Shown: one piece after another, positions 10,092 to 19,853 of the stretch
Layout of the letters: every line of letters starts with the position of its first letter
Numbering within the stretch: position 1 is the stretch's first letter
Origin: an uncultured Gemmatimonadales bacterium
Lineage (GTDB): Bacteria; Gemmatimonadota; Gemmatimonadetes; Gemmatimonadales; GWC2-71-9
DNA: 64,000 bases
NCBI GenBank assembly: GCA_963697065.1
Contig: CAVOMQ010000003.1
Coordinates: forward strand, 43,974 to 107,973
Reading direction: 5' to 3'
Notes under the pieces: model-generated
What the model was told of the DNA's origin: nothing
What the model saw: only the letters and a program-made list of their open reading frames with translations
Database searches by the model: none
Program-made: the position numbers and the translations under genes

Positions 10092-11207
10092 TCACCTATG
10101 CGTCGAGGCCGCCACCCGCCGACCAGAGCTTACGGCGGGATTGGCTTCCAGGCGATATTCGAAAATGCCTTCGCCGTTCTGACCTGCAGCGAAGAGTGTA
10201 GTGTCACCCGAGACAGCAATGGTACTCATCTCGTGGTTCAGCCCGATCACGTTGACCAACTGCCCATCCCAGTCGAAGACGTGTACATACCTGGCCGCGC
10301 GTACCCTCCCTCCGTGGGGGCCGTCGGTTCGGTGGCCGGCGAATAGCGCGTAGAGATAGCGCGACGTTGCGTCGCAGTCGATGTAGTAGAACCAATCAGC
10401 CTGAGCCCACAACGTGTGCCGACGCGGAGACATCGCCCAGTCTCCGTTTGAGGCAAATGGTACGCTTGCACGAACCACGAACAGACCAGCTGAGTCGAAG
10501 ATGTCGATTCGGCCCCCGAGCTGGTACAGCACCGCAAATCGACGTGCGACGGGACTGGCGCATGCTGCGAATCCCCCCGATGCGGCACGGCGAGCCAGCA
10601 GTGGTATTGAATCGGCTCCGAGAAGCGCTGCATTGTGCATGGCCAACAAGTGGCCACTCGTATCCGAAATGATGATTCGATTCGTATCCATGTCGCCGAT
10701 GCCGACGAGTCGGTTGCGGGCAAGCCAGAGCAAAGCATATACGTCGACGAAGGCGCTCGGTGGATGGAATATCGCATAGTCGGCCGTTGGGCGACCGGTC
10801 TCCCGCGTCATCCGCTTCAAACCGTCGTCGTAAGCCCAGATTCCGGCGTCATCACCCGGACGATGGCTGAATTGTGGCATCTTCTTGAAGTCACCGGGTC
10901 CTTCCCCATGCCGCCCCATCGAAACTGAGACCTCGCCGGTTGCAATATCCACAGCGTGCAAATAGGGATCTCCGGAGCGATCACCTACCCATAGGCGATC
11001 ACCCTGGACGCCGAGGTGTCCCGGGTCACCAATGATCGGATCGGACACGAGCAAGCGAGGTTCGGGATACTGCGGATGAAGGTCGGCGTGGGAAATCGCT
11101 GGTGTGCCGTCAGCAAGGTGGTCCAAAGGCCAGCCGGACAAGGTAGCGTGCCGACATCCGGTTGCGAGCAGGAGCGTAACTGGCCCAAGTACCCGGAGCG
11201 CCGTCAT
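10092..11207 (-). CDS. BF3164/TolB-like 6-blade propeller lipoprotein (module 1)
   Basis: Lipobox LLATGC; GRHGEGPGDF; YLYALFAG..YVHVFDWDGQ C-terminal motif. Start uncertain (11207 or 11309). Confidence 0.7.
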   Translation of the reverse strand: MTALRVLGPVTLLLATGCRHATLSGWPLDHLADGTPAISHADLHPQYPEPRLLVSDPIIGDPGHLGVQGDRLWVGDRSGDPYLHAVDIATGEVSVSMGRHGEGPGDFKKMPQFSHRPGDDAGIWAYDDGLKRMTRETGRPTADYAIFHPPSAFVDVYALLWLARNRLVGIGDMDTNRIIISDTSGHLLAMHNAALLGADSIPLLARRAASGGFAACASPVARRFAVLYQLGGRIDIFDSAGLFVVRASVPFASNGDWAMSPRRHTLWAQADWFYYIDCDATSRYLYALFAGHRTDGPHGGRVRAARYVHVFDWDGQLVNVIGLNHEMSTIAVSGDTTLFAAGQNGEGIFEYRLEANPAVSSGRRVAASTHR

Positions 11208-11305
11208 CCGCGTCGCCCTCGATCCGGCAGTCGCCAAGCCCCGGTCGGCAGAGCGCGCCTTTCGCTCTCCCGACCGGAGCCAAGCGGGAGCTTCAATCAG
11301 ACATG

Positions 11306-11581
11306 TCAATGGTTCCAGTAGGTGTCAAGATTGATGCCCGAGTGGAACGGGTCGCACCGCACGCTGATCGGGTCACACGTGTCACAGTTGCCGGCACTGC
11401 AGTAGCTGTTTTCCTCGTAAGTCCCCGATTGATCAGTGTGGACGCAGAGGTGGTTGGCTTCAGCCTCGCATAAGATCCCCTGAGTGGCATGCAGGACTGG
11501 CGTTCTTCCCGCAAACGTGGCCAATGCCAATGTGATGATTGCCGCTGCCGAGAATCGGACAGCCTCTTTCCATGTTTGCAT
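11306..11581 (-). CDS. Secreted 6-Cys peptide P1
   Basis: GGAGG RBS; Sec signal ending PVLHA; mature part C-x7-C-x14-C-x4-C-x2-C-x6-C. Confidence 0.75.
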   Translation of the reverse strand: MQTWKEAVRFSAAAIITLALATFAGRTPVLHATQGILCEAEANHLCVHTDQSGTYEENSYCSAGNCDTCDPISVRCDPFHSGINLDTYWNH

Positions 11582-11819
11582 TGTGCTACCCTCCGTGGTT
11601 GGTTGCTCTCACTAACGACGGATTTCGCAGGACCCCGACCGAGCTACGCGCCGATGGCTGGTTAACCGACGTAGGATCGAGAGACCGTGTCTCGTCAGCT
11701 ACGCGGCTTCCGGCGACTCAGGCGGATGAAGCGGCCTCCACTCAAGCGATGGATGGTGTGCCCTCGCCATGTCGTGAGTATGCCAAGCCCCATCTTGCGC
11801 GCCACGATGTCTCCGTCCG

Positions 11820-11914
11820 GTGAAACCTCGCACCCTCAACACTCACCCATTCCCCGGATTCCGCCAGACCAGAAAACAGTGCTTTCTGCTGTTTTTCGCC
11901 CAGTTTCGCCTCGA
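11820..11914 (-). promoter_or_regulatory. Conserved intergenic element between AraC-like regulator and cargo (copy 1)
   Basis: Non-coding match to 22215-22310; contains AAAACAG-N9-CTGTTTT on the minus strand. Confidence 0.5.
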
Positions 11915-12586
11915 TTACCGATCTGTTACATATCCACCCATGCGCAGGCCGACCTCCAATACCGGCTCCCACGCTCCCATCGCCACGAGCTGCCGCCAGG
12001 TCCGCCCGAAGTACCGGTGGCACCAACGCGATACCGTCTTGACGTCGACGGCGGCCTGCTCGGCCGCCACGGCCTGCGGTTGCGCGGCCGCGATCGCCCG
12101 CGCGATCAGCTCCACGCACGACCCAAGCGCCCTCCAATCGTGGGGCAGCCATGCGCCGTATTTCCGAAGCGATCGGCGCAGCGACTCGGCATCGGCCTTC
12201 GGATCGCGGATGTCGAAGAACAAGCTGGCGAGGCCGAGCGATGCCCTGAATGCGATATACGCTGCAACATCGGTCGCATCGGGAATCCGGCGCTGACCGA
12301 TTGCGATCCTCATTTCAGGGATTGTGTCCGAGACCTCGGCGCCAAATGGCGTGAGATGCATGGCCGGGGGACACAGCAGGTTGAGTGTCGCGGACGCAAC
12401 GGCGCGAGCGCCAAACAACACCGTCGGACACCATGGACTGGCGCGCCACTGATCGACGGCCTCGGCGACACGCACCAGATGATCGTCGTCGTCCGGGACC
12501 ACCAGCAGTGTACCCAGCGGGCGCGGCGCAGGAGGCCCCGCAACAACCGCCTCCAGCGCCCCGGGTAGCAGGCAGCATACGGTCAT
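11915..12586 (-). CDS. AraC-like transcription regulator, copy 1
   Basis: Two HTH-like segments (ESLRRSLRKYG..PHDW; AAEQAAVDVKTVSRWCHRYFG); paralog at 22311-22982; ATG (MTVCC) preceded by GAGGC. Confidence 0.65.
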   Translation of the reverse strand: MTVCCLLPGALEAVVAGPPAPRPLGTLLVVPDDDDHLVRVAEAVDQWRASPWCPTVLFGARAVASATLNLLCPPAMHLTPFGAEVSDTIPEMRIAIGQRRIPDATDVAAYIAFRASLGLASLFFDIRDPKADAESLRRSLRKYGAWLPHDWRALGSCVELIARAIAAAQPQAVAAEQAAVDVKTVSRWCHRYFGRTWRQLVAMGAWEPVLEVGLRMGGYVTDR

Positions 12587-12640
12587 CAGCCAATGCCTCG
12601 AGTCGTGATCGCCCCACGCCCGCGAGCGCAGCACACCGCC

Positions 12641-12695
12641 GTGGCGTGGCGTGGCGTGGCGTGGCGTGGCGTGGCGTGGCGTGGCGTGGCGTGGC
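12641..12695. repeat. Pentanucleotide SSR (GTGGC)11
   Basis: 11 perfect units counted directly. Confidence 0.95.
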
Positions 12696-12700
12696 GTATA

Positions 12701-12729
12701 ACTCTACCGTCCGGGGTAACGCCTGTCAA
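12701..12729 (-). promoter_or_regulatory. sigma70-type promoter TTGACA-N17-TAGAGT
   Basis: Read directly; the -10 box is 5 nt from the SSR. Confidence 0.75.
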
Positions 12730-12809
12730 TGAGGCCTCGCTGCAGTGAGGATCCGCGGCGTGTATGGTTTCATTGCGTTGACGACTTACACCGCGCGGGC
12801 TCCCCCACC

Positions 12810-13294
12810 TCACCCCTCCCCCCGATCCAGCACCCGGTACTGGATCGCCTCCCCCACATGCGCCGGCCCCACCTCGGCCGCCCCCTCCAGATCCGCCAGC
12901 GTCCGCGCCAGTTTGAGCACGCGGTGATATGCCCGCGCCGACAGCCCCAGCTTGACGATCGCCTGCTTCAGCACCGCGTCGGTCGCGGCATCGGTCCGCA
13001 CGAACTTCGCCAATTCGCGCGGCCCCATGTGCGCATTGGCATACACCCCGCGCACTTCCCGGAACCGCTCCAGCTGTCGCGCCGCGCCGCCTCCACCCGC
13101 TGTCGCACCACGGTACTCGACTCCGCCGCCTTGCGCGCCGTGAGATCGTCGTACGCCACCGGCGGCACGCTGAGGTGAATGTCCACCCGGTCGAGCAGCG
13201 GCCCCGAGATCCTGGCCCGATACCGCTGCACCGCCATCGGTGAGCAGCTGCACTGCCGCGAGGCGTCGCCCAGGTAGCCGCAGGGGCAGGGATT
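12810..13294 (-). pseudogene. comM: Orphan 3' end of comM/yifB, copy A
   Basis: [10 protein letters not shown]...[12 protein letters not shown], a direct repeat of 23211-23692; homology ends at GATT (13291-13294); 1-nt indel near 13083. Confidence 0.9.
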
Positions 13295-13725
13295 GGTTGC
13301 CAAACTACCGTTGCGGCTGACCGCGCCGACACCGAAGCCGGGTTACCCCAAGCAGTTCAAGCACTTAGGGGATCATCTGAGGGCCCGGCGGATTGACCTT
13401 GGGCTCCTGCAGAGAGAGGTGGCGGCTCGGATCGGCGTCGAGAAGGCGACACTGATGAACTGGGAATTGGGACACACCGCCCCAGCACCGGCCGCCTATC
13501 CGGCGATCATCGCATTCCTGGGCTGCGACCCGCGTCCCGATCCCCGCGACGGCGGGTGCGGTAATACGCCGAGCGCGGTTGACCCGAGGCTGGTCCTTGG
13601 CTGATCTGGCAGTCCAAGCGGGCGTGGATCCGGCGAGCGTGGCGCGAGTCGAGGTCGACACGAAGGGGGTGACGTCGCGAGTCCGGCAAGCGATCCGGCG
13701 GGTGCTGGGGCTGGCTTCGGTTTGA
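13293..13725 (+). pseudogene. Tandem double-HTH XRE regulator, frameshifted in the linker
   Basis: LGDHLRARRIDLGLLQREVAARIGVEKATLMNWE. Removing one C in GATCCCC (about 13545) continues into a second HTH, AVIRRARLTRGWSLADLAVQAGVDPASVARVE, with stop at 13725. Confidence 0.7.
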
Positions 13726-14037
13726 CCGCCGAATGGGCAGTCGATTGGCCCTCGACGCCGTCCGGTCAGCCTCACATTGTGCGGCCAGTAAGCGAGGCGT
13801 CGATGCTACAATCGAAAGCGGCGTTCAGATCGACGAGCTTGGCATCGTGCTGCGCCACAGTGTCCTTTCGCACCGCAACCAGCCTGGTCCTGAGCTGCCC
13901 AATGTTTCGCCACATCCGTTCTCCGGAGAGCGCCTGTGCAGCGGCGACACCGCTACTTGTCAGGCCGACCGCCGGGCCGGGCCTAGTTCAGTGCGAACTG
14001 CCCGGATTTTCCGGGGAGACATGAGTAACATCAAGCG

Positions 14038-14376
14038 TCAGTAACCGATCAAGTATCCGGCCGCGGCCCCGAGCAGGACACCAATCAGGACAATTCCGAT
14101 GACCGCCGCACCGGATCCACCGTTCTCGCCTGCGGCCGCACCGGCACCGGCGCCAATAGCCCCGCCGACGAGCCCGCCCAGGATCGCGCCGGCGATCGCA
14201 CCGCTATGGTGCGTTACCGAATCCGGAAGCACGCGCGAAGATAAATCCGACCGCCCGATCACTTGCGATTGAACTGGTTGACTCATCCCCAACCGGTCCC
14301 CACCAATCACCTGAGCGCTCGCGGGAGCCGCCAAGAAGAGGCTGATCACAACCACCCGCCAACACGTACGCAGCAT
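14038..14376 (-). CDS. Secreted/membrane protein with glycine-zipper-like segment
   Basis: Signal peptide (ISLFLAAPASA), then AIAGAILGGLVGGAIGAGAGAAAG and a C-terminal TM. Confidence 0.6.
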   Translation of the reverse strand: MLRTCWRVVVISLFLAAPASAQVIGGDRLGMSQPVQSQVIGRSDLSSRVLPDSVTHHSGAIAGAILGGLVGGAIGAGAGAAAGENGGSGAAVIGIVLIGVLLGAAAGYLIGY

Positions 14377-14421
14377 CAGTGAAGCTCCCATGCAGAAGGC
14401 CGAATCCTCCGCTCGGCGACA

Positions 14422-14967
14422 TCAGAACGCCCATGCGTCCAAACGGTCGGAATATGGTGAGGAGTTCGGTTCCGCGCCAGTCCAACCACCGAACCGCTCG
14501 CCCGTCCAATAGCACTCTTCGTAGCCATTATCCTCAAGGGATGGGTTGGTGGACGCAACGCAATCCATCAACGGATAGGAACTCGATCCCACATTCCGGG
14601 CCGGCAAAATCGATATTTGGATGTTTCGGTTCCCTTCACACACCTCATCAATATGACCGCCACCAAAGATGCCAGCGTTGCACTCAGACTCGCTCGCGTA
14701 ATTGGCATGCTTGTTCAATGAAACATGCACGACAGGTATCCCGCCGTGATGGCTGGCGTCGTACGACAGCGCCGTCGGATAGCCGTCGACAGGGCTTAGT
14801 TCATCGGGCATCATGCTGGCGCCATTCGTGTTCGGGACGGACGCCTGATCAATCCAATACAGTTCGTAGTGTCCATGCTGTGAATATGCTGCCTTATCCA
14901 AGACCCAGTGGTGAAACGTGGGTTCGTACCGCACATCAAGAACAATTGCTTCGGAGTCACCCCAATG
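14422..14967 (-). pseudogene. 5'-truncated Vps62/NPP1-like secreted protein remnant
   Basis: HWGDSE...AAYSQHG...VHVSLNKHANY resembles the HxGDWE / YxSxH / GxHAxY pattern; Cys-containing C-terminus; no signal peptide or plausible start. Confidence 0.5.
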
Positions 14968-15151
14968 GCTGGTCGAGTCGTTCGAGCCGCCCCGTGGCAA
15001 CGGCTTGCCAGAAACCCGCGAGGGCACCCACGTCTTTACACCGGATGATCTCGATCGGAAATGGCTGGCCGGGATCGTACCGCACCAGCTCGCCCGGCAA
15101 TACTCCGAGCTCGGGGCAAGGCTGCCGCACGCGGTAATGCGAGGCGTTCAT
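14957..15151 (-). CDS. Small hypothetical protein, paralog of 400-678
   Basis: HYRVRQPCPELGVLPGELVRYDPGQPFPIEIIR..FWQAVATG; promoter at 15181-15209. Confidence 0.5.
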   Translation of the reverse strand: MNASHYRVRQPCPELGVLPGELVRYDPGQPFPIEIIRCKDVGALAGFWQAVATGRLERLDQPLG

Positions 15152-15180
15152 GGGGGACAACCGGAGCGAGAGGTAAGAGG

Positions 15181-15209
15181 AGGATACGGTGCAGGCTTCC
15201 GGACGTCAA
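15181..15209 (-). promoter_or_regulatory. sigma70-type promoter TTGACG-N17-TATCCT
   Basis: Read directly, about 80 nt downstream of the comM copy B stop, facing into the cassette. Confidence 0.65.
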
Positions 15210-15286
15210 GTATCGGTTAGCGGCCGACGCAAACTGTTCGCCGGATCCCGGCCGAACCGTCCATCCCGCCGCTCCCGCGCGACGCC

Positions 15287-15772
15287 TCACCCCTCCCCCC
15301 GATCCAGCACCCGGTACTGGATCGCCTCCCCCACATGCGCCGGCCCCACCTCGGCCGCCCCCTCCAGATCCGCCAGCGTTCGCGCCAGTTTGAGCACGCG
15401 GTGGTATGCCCGCGCCGACAGCCCCAGCTTGACGATCGCCTGCTTGAGCACCGCATCGGTCGCGGCATCGGTCCGCACGAACCTGGCCAGCTCCCTGGGA
15501 CCCATGTGCGCATTGGCATACACCTCGCGCACTTCCCGGAACCGCCCCAGCTGTCGCGCGCGCGCCGCTTCCACCCGCTGCCGGACCACGGTACTCGATT
15601 CCGCTGCCTTGCGCGCCGTGAGATCGTCGTAGGCCACCGGCGGCACGCTGAGGTGAATATCCACCCGGTCGAGCAATGGCCCCGAGATCCTGGCCCGGTA
15701 CCGCTGCACCGCCATCGGCGAACAGCTGCATTGCCGCGAGGCGTCGCCCAGGTAGCCGCAGGGGCAGAGATT
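15287..15772 (-). pseudogene. comM: Orphan 3' end of comM/yifB, copy B
   Basis: [10 protein letters not shown]...VLDRGEG*, in frame throughout; homology to comM ends at GATT (15769-15772). Confidence 0.9.
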
Positions 15773-16207
15773 TGTTGCCAAACTACCGCTGCGACTGACG
15801 GCACCTACACCGAAGCCGGGTTACCCCAAGCAGATCAAGCACTTAGGGGACGAGATCAGGGCTCGGCGGATTGATCTTGGGCTACTGCAACGAGAGGTGG
15901 CGGCCCAGGTCGGCGTGGACACGGCCACAGTACGGAATTGGGAATTGGGGCACAGGGCGCCAGTGACAGCCGCCTACCCCGCGATCATCGCCTTCCTGGG
16001 CTACGACCCGGTGCCAACGCCAAGGATGCTAGGGGAAGTCTCATCCGACATCCTCGACTCATAAACGGGTGGACGGTTGGGCACCTCGCAGCCATGGCTG
16101 GGGTCGTTCCGGTAACCGTGTCTCGAATGGAACAGGACATCCCCGGAACGGCTCGACGAGCCACCCGGACGATCTGCCAGGCAATGGGAGTCGTCGAGCA
16201 CGTCTAA
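15773..16207 (+). pseudogene. Tandem double-HTH XRE regulator, second copy, frameshifted in the linker
   Basis: VAKLPLRLTAPTPKPGYPKQIKHLGDEIRARRIDLGLLQREVAAQVGV; second HTH (LINGWTVGHLAAMAGVVPVTVSRME) lies in another frame after about 16040. Confidence 0.7.
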
Positions 16208-16241
16208 CCGGGCCAACGCCAGGGACGCACACCCCCACCAA

Positions 16242-19200
16242 TCAGCGCGGCCGCTGATTGGTGCGGAGCTGCTGCCGCTGACCGGGTGTGAGGACGCTCG
16301 TCGCATTCGCGTAGTACCGGAGGTCCAGGGAGGACAACGCCTGCACCACCGGTTCCGCTCTTGCACGCAGTTCGGCATCCCCAAGCCGGGGCCCCGCGCT
16401 CACAACGAACAGGGCCAGAGGTGCGAGGAGCGCATCGGTTTCGCGCTGGTATGCTGCGCTCAACGTGGCTAGCGAGTCGAGCTGACGGCCGGTCAGGGCG
16501 ATAGCCGCGCCAGTCGTGATTATCCGTGATATCGGGTCTATTACCCACTCACGCCGCAGTGCGCTCATCGCCTGGCTGAGCCGCGTCGAATCACTCCCGT
16601 GCGCCGGTAAGCCAAGCGCCTTGAGGAGCGCGTGCGACTGGCCCTGCGGCCCGAAGTCATATTGGGCACCGAGCCGGATCTGAAATGGTGGGAAGTGCTT
16701 GCGAGTATCGCCGTACATCAGCGATTGACGAAAAGGGGGTTGACCGTGTAGCGGAATGACTCGGTAGCCGGATCGAAGCCCGTCACATACAGGAGTCGCG
16801 GATCCGGCTGCTGGACCCCAGAGAATCGCCCGAATGGCGTGCTCTGCAGATGCAGCAGGCTTACGATAGCGCCTCCAGCGTTTAGAAGCTGCGTAGTAAC
16901 TCTGAGTCGATCGGTCAGGCCAAATGAGGCTGGTGGGGCAAAATCGAGGTTAAGATCCAACTGAATTTGCCATGAGCTTCGGCAGCTCTCCGCCCCGGCA
17001 ACTCGCCCGATCTGCGCCTGAAGACATGCCCTCGCCGGAGTGGGCGCCGTTCTGAGCACACTGCGCATCTGCGCAGCCAAAGCGGAGTCGCTGACCTTTG
17101 CGGGGTCGAAGATGAATGCGGCGTCATCGCCCGATATATGGTCGCCGTTGACGTCGCCAGCGACCACCGGCGTGAATGGAATTCCTGACGTCATCTGGAT
17201 CCGAGCGCCAAGGGTAAACCACCAGACGCGATACCCAAAGGATCCGACCTATCAGCCGGTGGACGGGCCGATCATTGATCACCGTTTGCACGGCACGAGG
17301 ATCCTCCGGCGTACCCCGGCGTTGGACTTGGTCCAGGTTGAGGGAATACGTGACGTCGAGTGGGATATTCCCAAAGAGGGCTTCAGTTCCGACGTGCACC
17401 TCGACTTGCTCTGCCACCCCGTTCAAGTCCGACACCCACCGGGTCACGCTGGCGAATCTAGGATCCACCCGCGCAGTCCCCGGACCGATCAGCCCGGTCG
17501 TTGGATCGATGCCGGCCGGATCTGCGAAGACCGGACGTCCATCTTCCTGCTGCAGCCGGAACACCGGGGCTGCCGGAAGATTGAGATCGGTGAACGACTC
17601 GATGTGGCGTCGCAGCGCCAGGGCGACCTGCGGCTGCACCCCCCATTGGCCAAGCCGAAAGCCGGTCCCGACCGATGCCTTCCACATCAGGGGTGGGCTG
17701 TATCGGGGGTCAAGCAACTGTACGGACGGTACGCTCGCGGCGAATGCCGGCATCCCAGCACTGTCTGCGCAGGTTGCCGGCGGAGGGCCCGCCTGCCAAT
17801 TGGCGGCTGGAACTGCCGGCCCCACGCACGACAAGCTCTCGGGCGCACCCCGCAGGCCGGTATTCGCGCTGATGCCATCGAGTCGGCTCGGGGACACGGT
17901 TCCCCAATAGGCACCGAGGCTTCCGTAGACGACCTGACCGACCGGGCCGACGTTCTGGACAGTCACATCGTTTGGCCCCAGTACGCCCGCCATGTTTGTC
18001 ATCGTGTTGGTGCCAGGAATTCGCACCCGAACGAACGGCACCTGGCCCTTCGGTCGGTGCACGATCCAGGCGATTCCAATGCGCGGGGTGAGTTCGATCA
18101 CAGCAGGGACGTGATCCGTCCGGTACCCGAACACTGACTCGACAACCGCGTTCAACGGTGGGGTTGCGCCAACCGTGAGGTAGTCAGCGCGTAATCCAGC
18201 GTCAACACTGACCCGCCGGGAGGCTTCCCAGAGGTCCGCGATCCAGACGCTCGGATGCCACGTGACGACGCTCTGGCTGCTCGGATCCAGGAGTCGCGAG
18301 TACGCTCCGGGCTGGTTTTGCTCGAGTTCGGCGAGCGACAGGTAGGCGAACGTGCCGTTTGGATTCGCACCGTTCTCGGCTCGCGTCCGCTCGATCTGCA
18401 AATCCTCCCCCAATCGGACGTGGTGAACATTGCCGTAAAGCTGGCGGGCGAGTTCGTCACGCACTTCCACGCGGAGGGTCGAAGCGTCACTCTGCGCGCC
18501 CCCACCGCCGAATTGCACCGTCGTGCGATCCTGACTGCGCCGTGTCGAATACTGTACCGATCAACACGGATCCGGTCGGGGTCGCAAGCAACGGCTCTGT
18601 ACGGCGCGACGACCGCGTGACAGCAGCCCGGAAATCGTTGACAAAGCCACCCAGATAATTCAGCGCTGTCAGCGAATACCTGTTGACATCATCTCGCCGG
18701 GTAACGGCCGTCGTTGGATAGGCGGCAGTTCCCACGCCTCCGCCGCTCTCGCGATGCCAAGTCGGCCAAGCCGAAAGGGTGACCCGATTCGTTGACCCCG
18801 GTTCCCAATCGACACTGAAGAATCCAGCTGCATCGAGCGTCTGGTCCGACCCAACACCGCGGCTCGGACGCAACGGAATGCCGTGCTCGGACAGCGCGGT
18901 TGAGATGCTCGTAATCGAATCGAGCGCCAGGCCTCGCTCGGCGAGCAGTGGTTCTGGCGCATCGAGAATCGACCGCAGCGGCTGAGATTGGAGCATCGCG
19001 GTCCAGGAAGCAAAGAAATGCCCATCCAGCCACGGGATCGGTCCGGAAGCTGCGCCCGATGACAGGAATTGCCGTGATGCGGGAAACGGCGACGCCGGGT
19101 CCGTCCAGGCGACACGGGGGTCGCTGTACGCCGCCCGCCCGACGGCCGTGGCCGTATTCGAACCTCGCTTGAGCGTTACATCCAGTTCGGCGCCCGGATT

Positions 19201-19851
19201 CTGGCTATGAGCGACATCGGCCGTCGTGCTCGCGTAACGGATTGCCGCGATTGCGTCCGGCGGCAGCAGCCTTGCGTCGGCGCGCATGCCATCCACGACG
19301 ACCGCGTTCTGGTCTGCCGGCGCACCCAACAGACTGCTGCCGGAGTCCGTCACGGACGTCTGCCCCAGGGCGTCAAGCAGTTCGTTCAGATCGCCGGCTT
19401 GATTCAGGATCAATCGCCGGGTGATCACCAGATTCTCTGTGCCGCCGACCGCAGGCCGAAGCCGATCGGATGGGGTAGCGATGTGGTTCGTCGTTGCAAA
19501 TAGATCGGGGAGCTTGAAGGGCGCGGACCGAAGCATGGTGTCGGCGACAATGCGTGACGCCGCTGAAGAAGCACGAGCGGTCCAGCGAACCGGAACGTAG
19601 CCGATCTTTCGGACCAGCAGTACCACACTTGCGGCTCCGTCGAACAGCACAGCCCGATATGACCCGGTCGAGTTCGTGTGGGCGATCTGTCGCTCCGCCG
19701 CGCTCTGTACCGAGACTTCAGCATCCAGGATCGGCTGCCGCAACGAATCGGTAATCCGACCTTCGACGACAGTTGGTGCCTGCGCCTTGGCTGGGTACGC
19801 CAGTGAACATACCAATCCCAAAGTGGTGAGGCCGCGCGACAGCAGCACCAT
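16242..19851 (-). pseudogene. TonB-dependent receptor with carboxypeptidase-regulatory-like N-domain (Oar-like), split into 4 ORFs
   Basis: VEGRITDSLRQPILDAEV..RKIGY N-domain; barrel motifs (DAGLRAD, PRIGIAW, VAGDVNGD, QIRLG). Frameshifts near 18500, 17150 and 16730 may be assembly errors. Confidence 0.75.
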
Positions 19852-19853
19852 CG

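Larger units (their letters stand above)
13295..15772. mobile_element. Putative comM-integrated cassette unit B (about 2.5 kb)
   Basis: Bounded by comM break points; layout is XRE end, cargo, promoter, comM 3' copy; no recombinase recognised. Confidence 0.55.

Noticed and set aside
12641-12695. GTGGC arrays as a CRISPR array
   Set aside because: 5-nt tandem units with no spacers and no cas genes.
13733-14044. ORFs between the first XRE gene and the glycine-zipper gene
   Set aside because: No convincing RBS, motif or consistent frame; likely a degraded remnant.
15189-15632. Plus-strand ORF with a strong-looking RBS (AAGAGGAGG) antisense to comM copy B
   Set aside because: It is the antisense frame of comM sequence, and the purine run coincides with the minus-strand -10 region; the protein is not recognisable.
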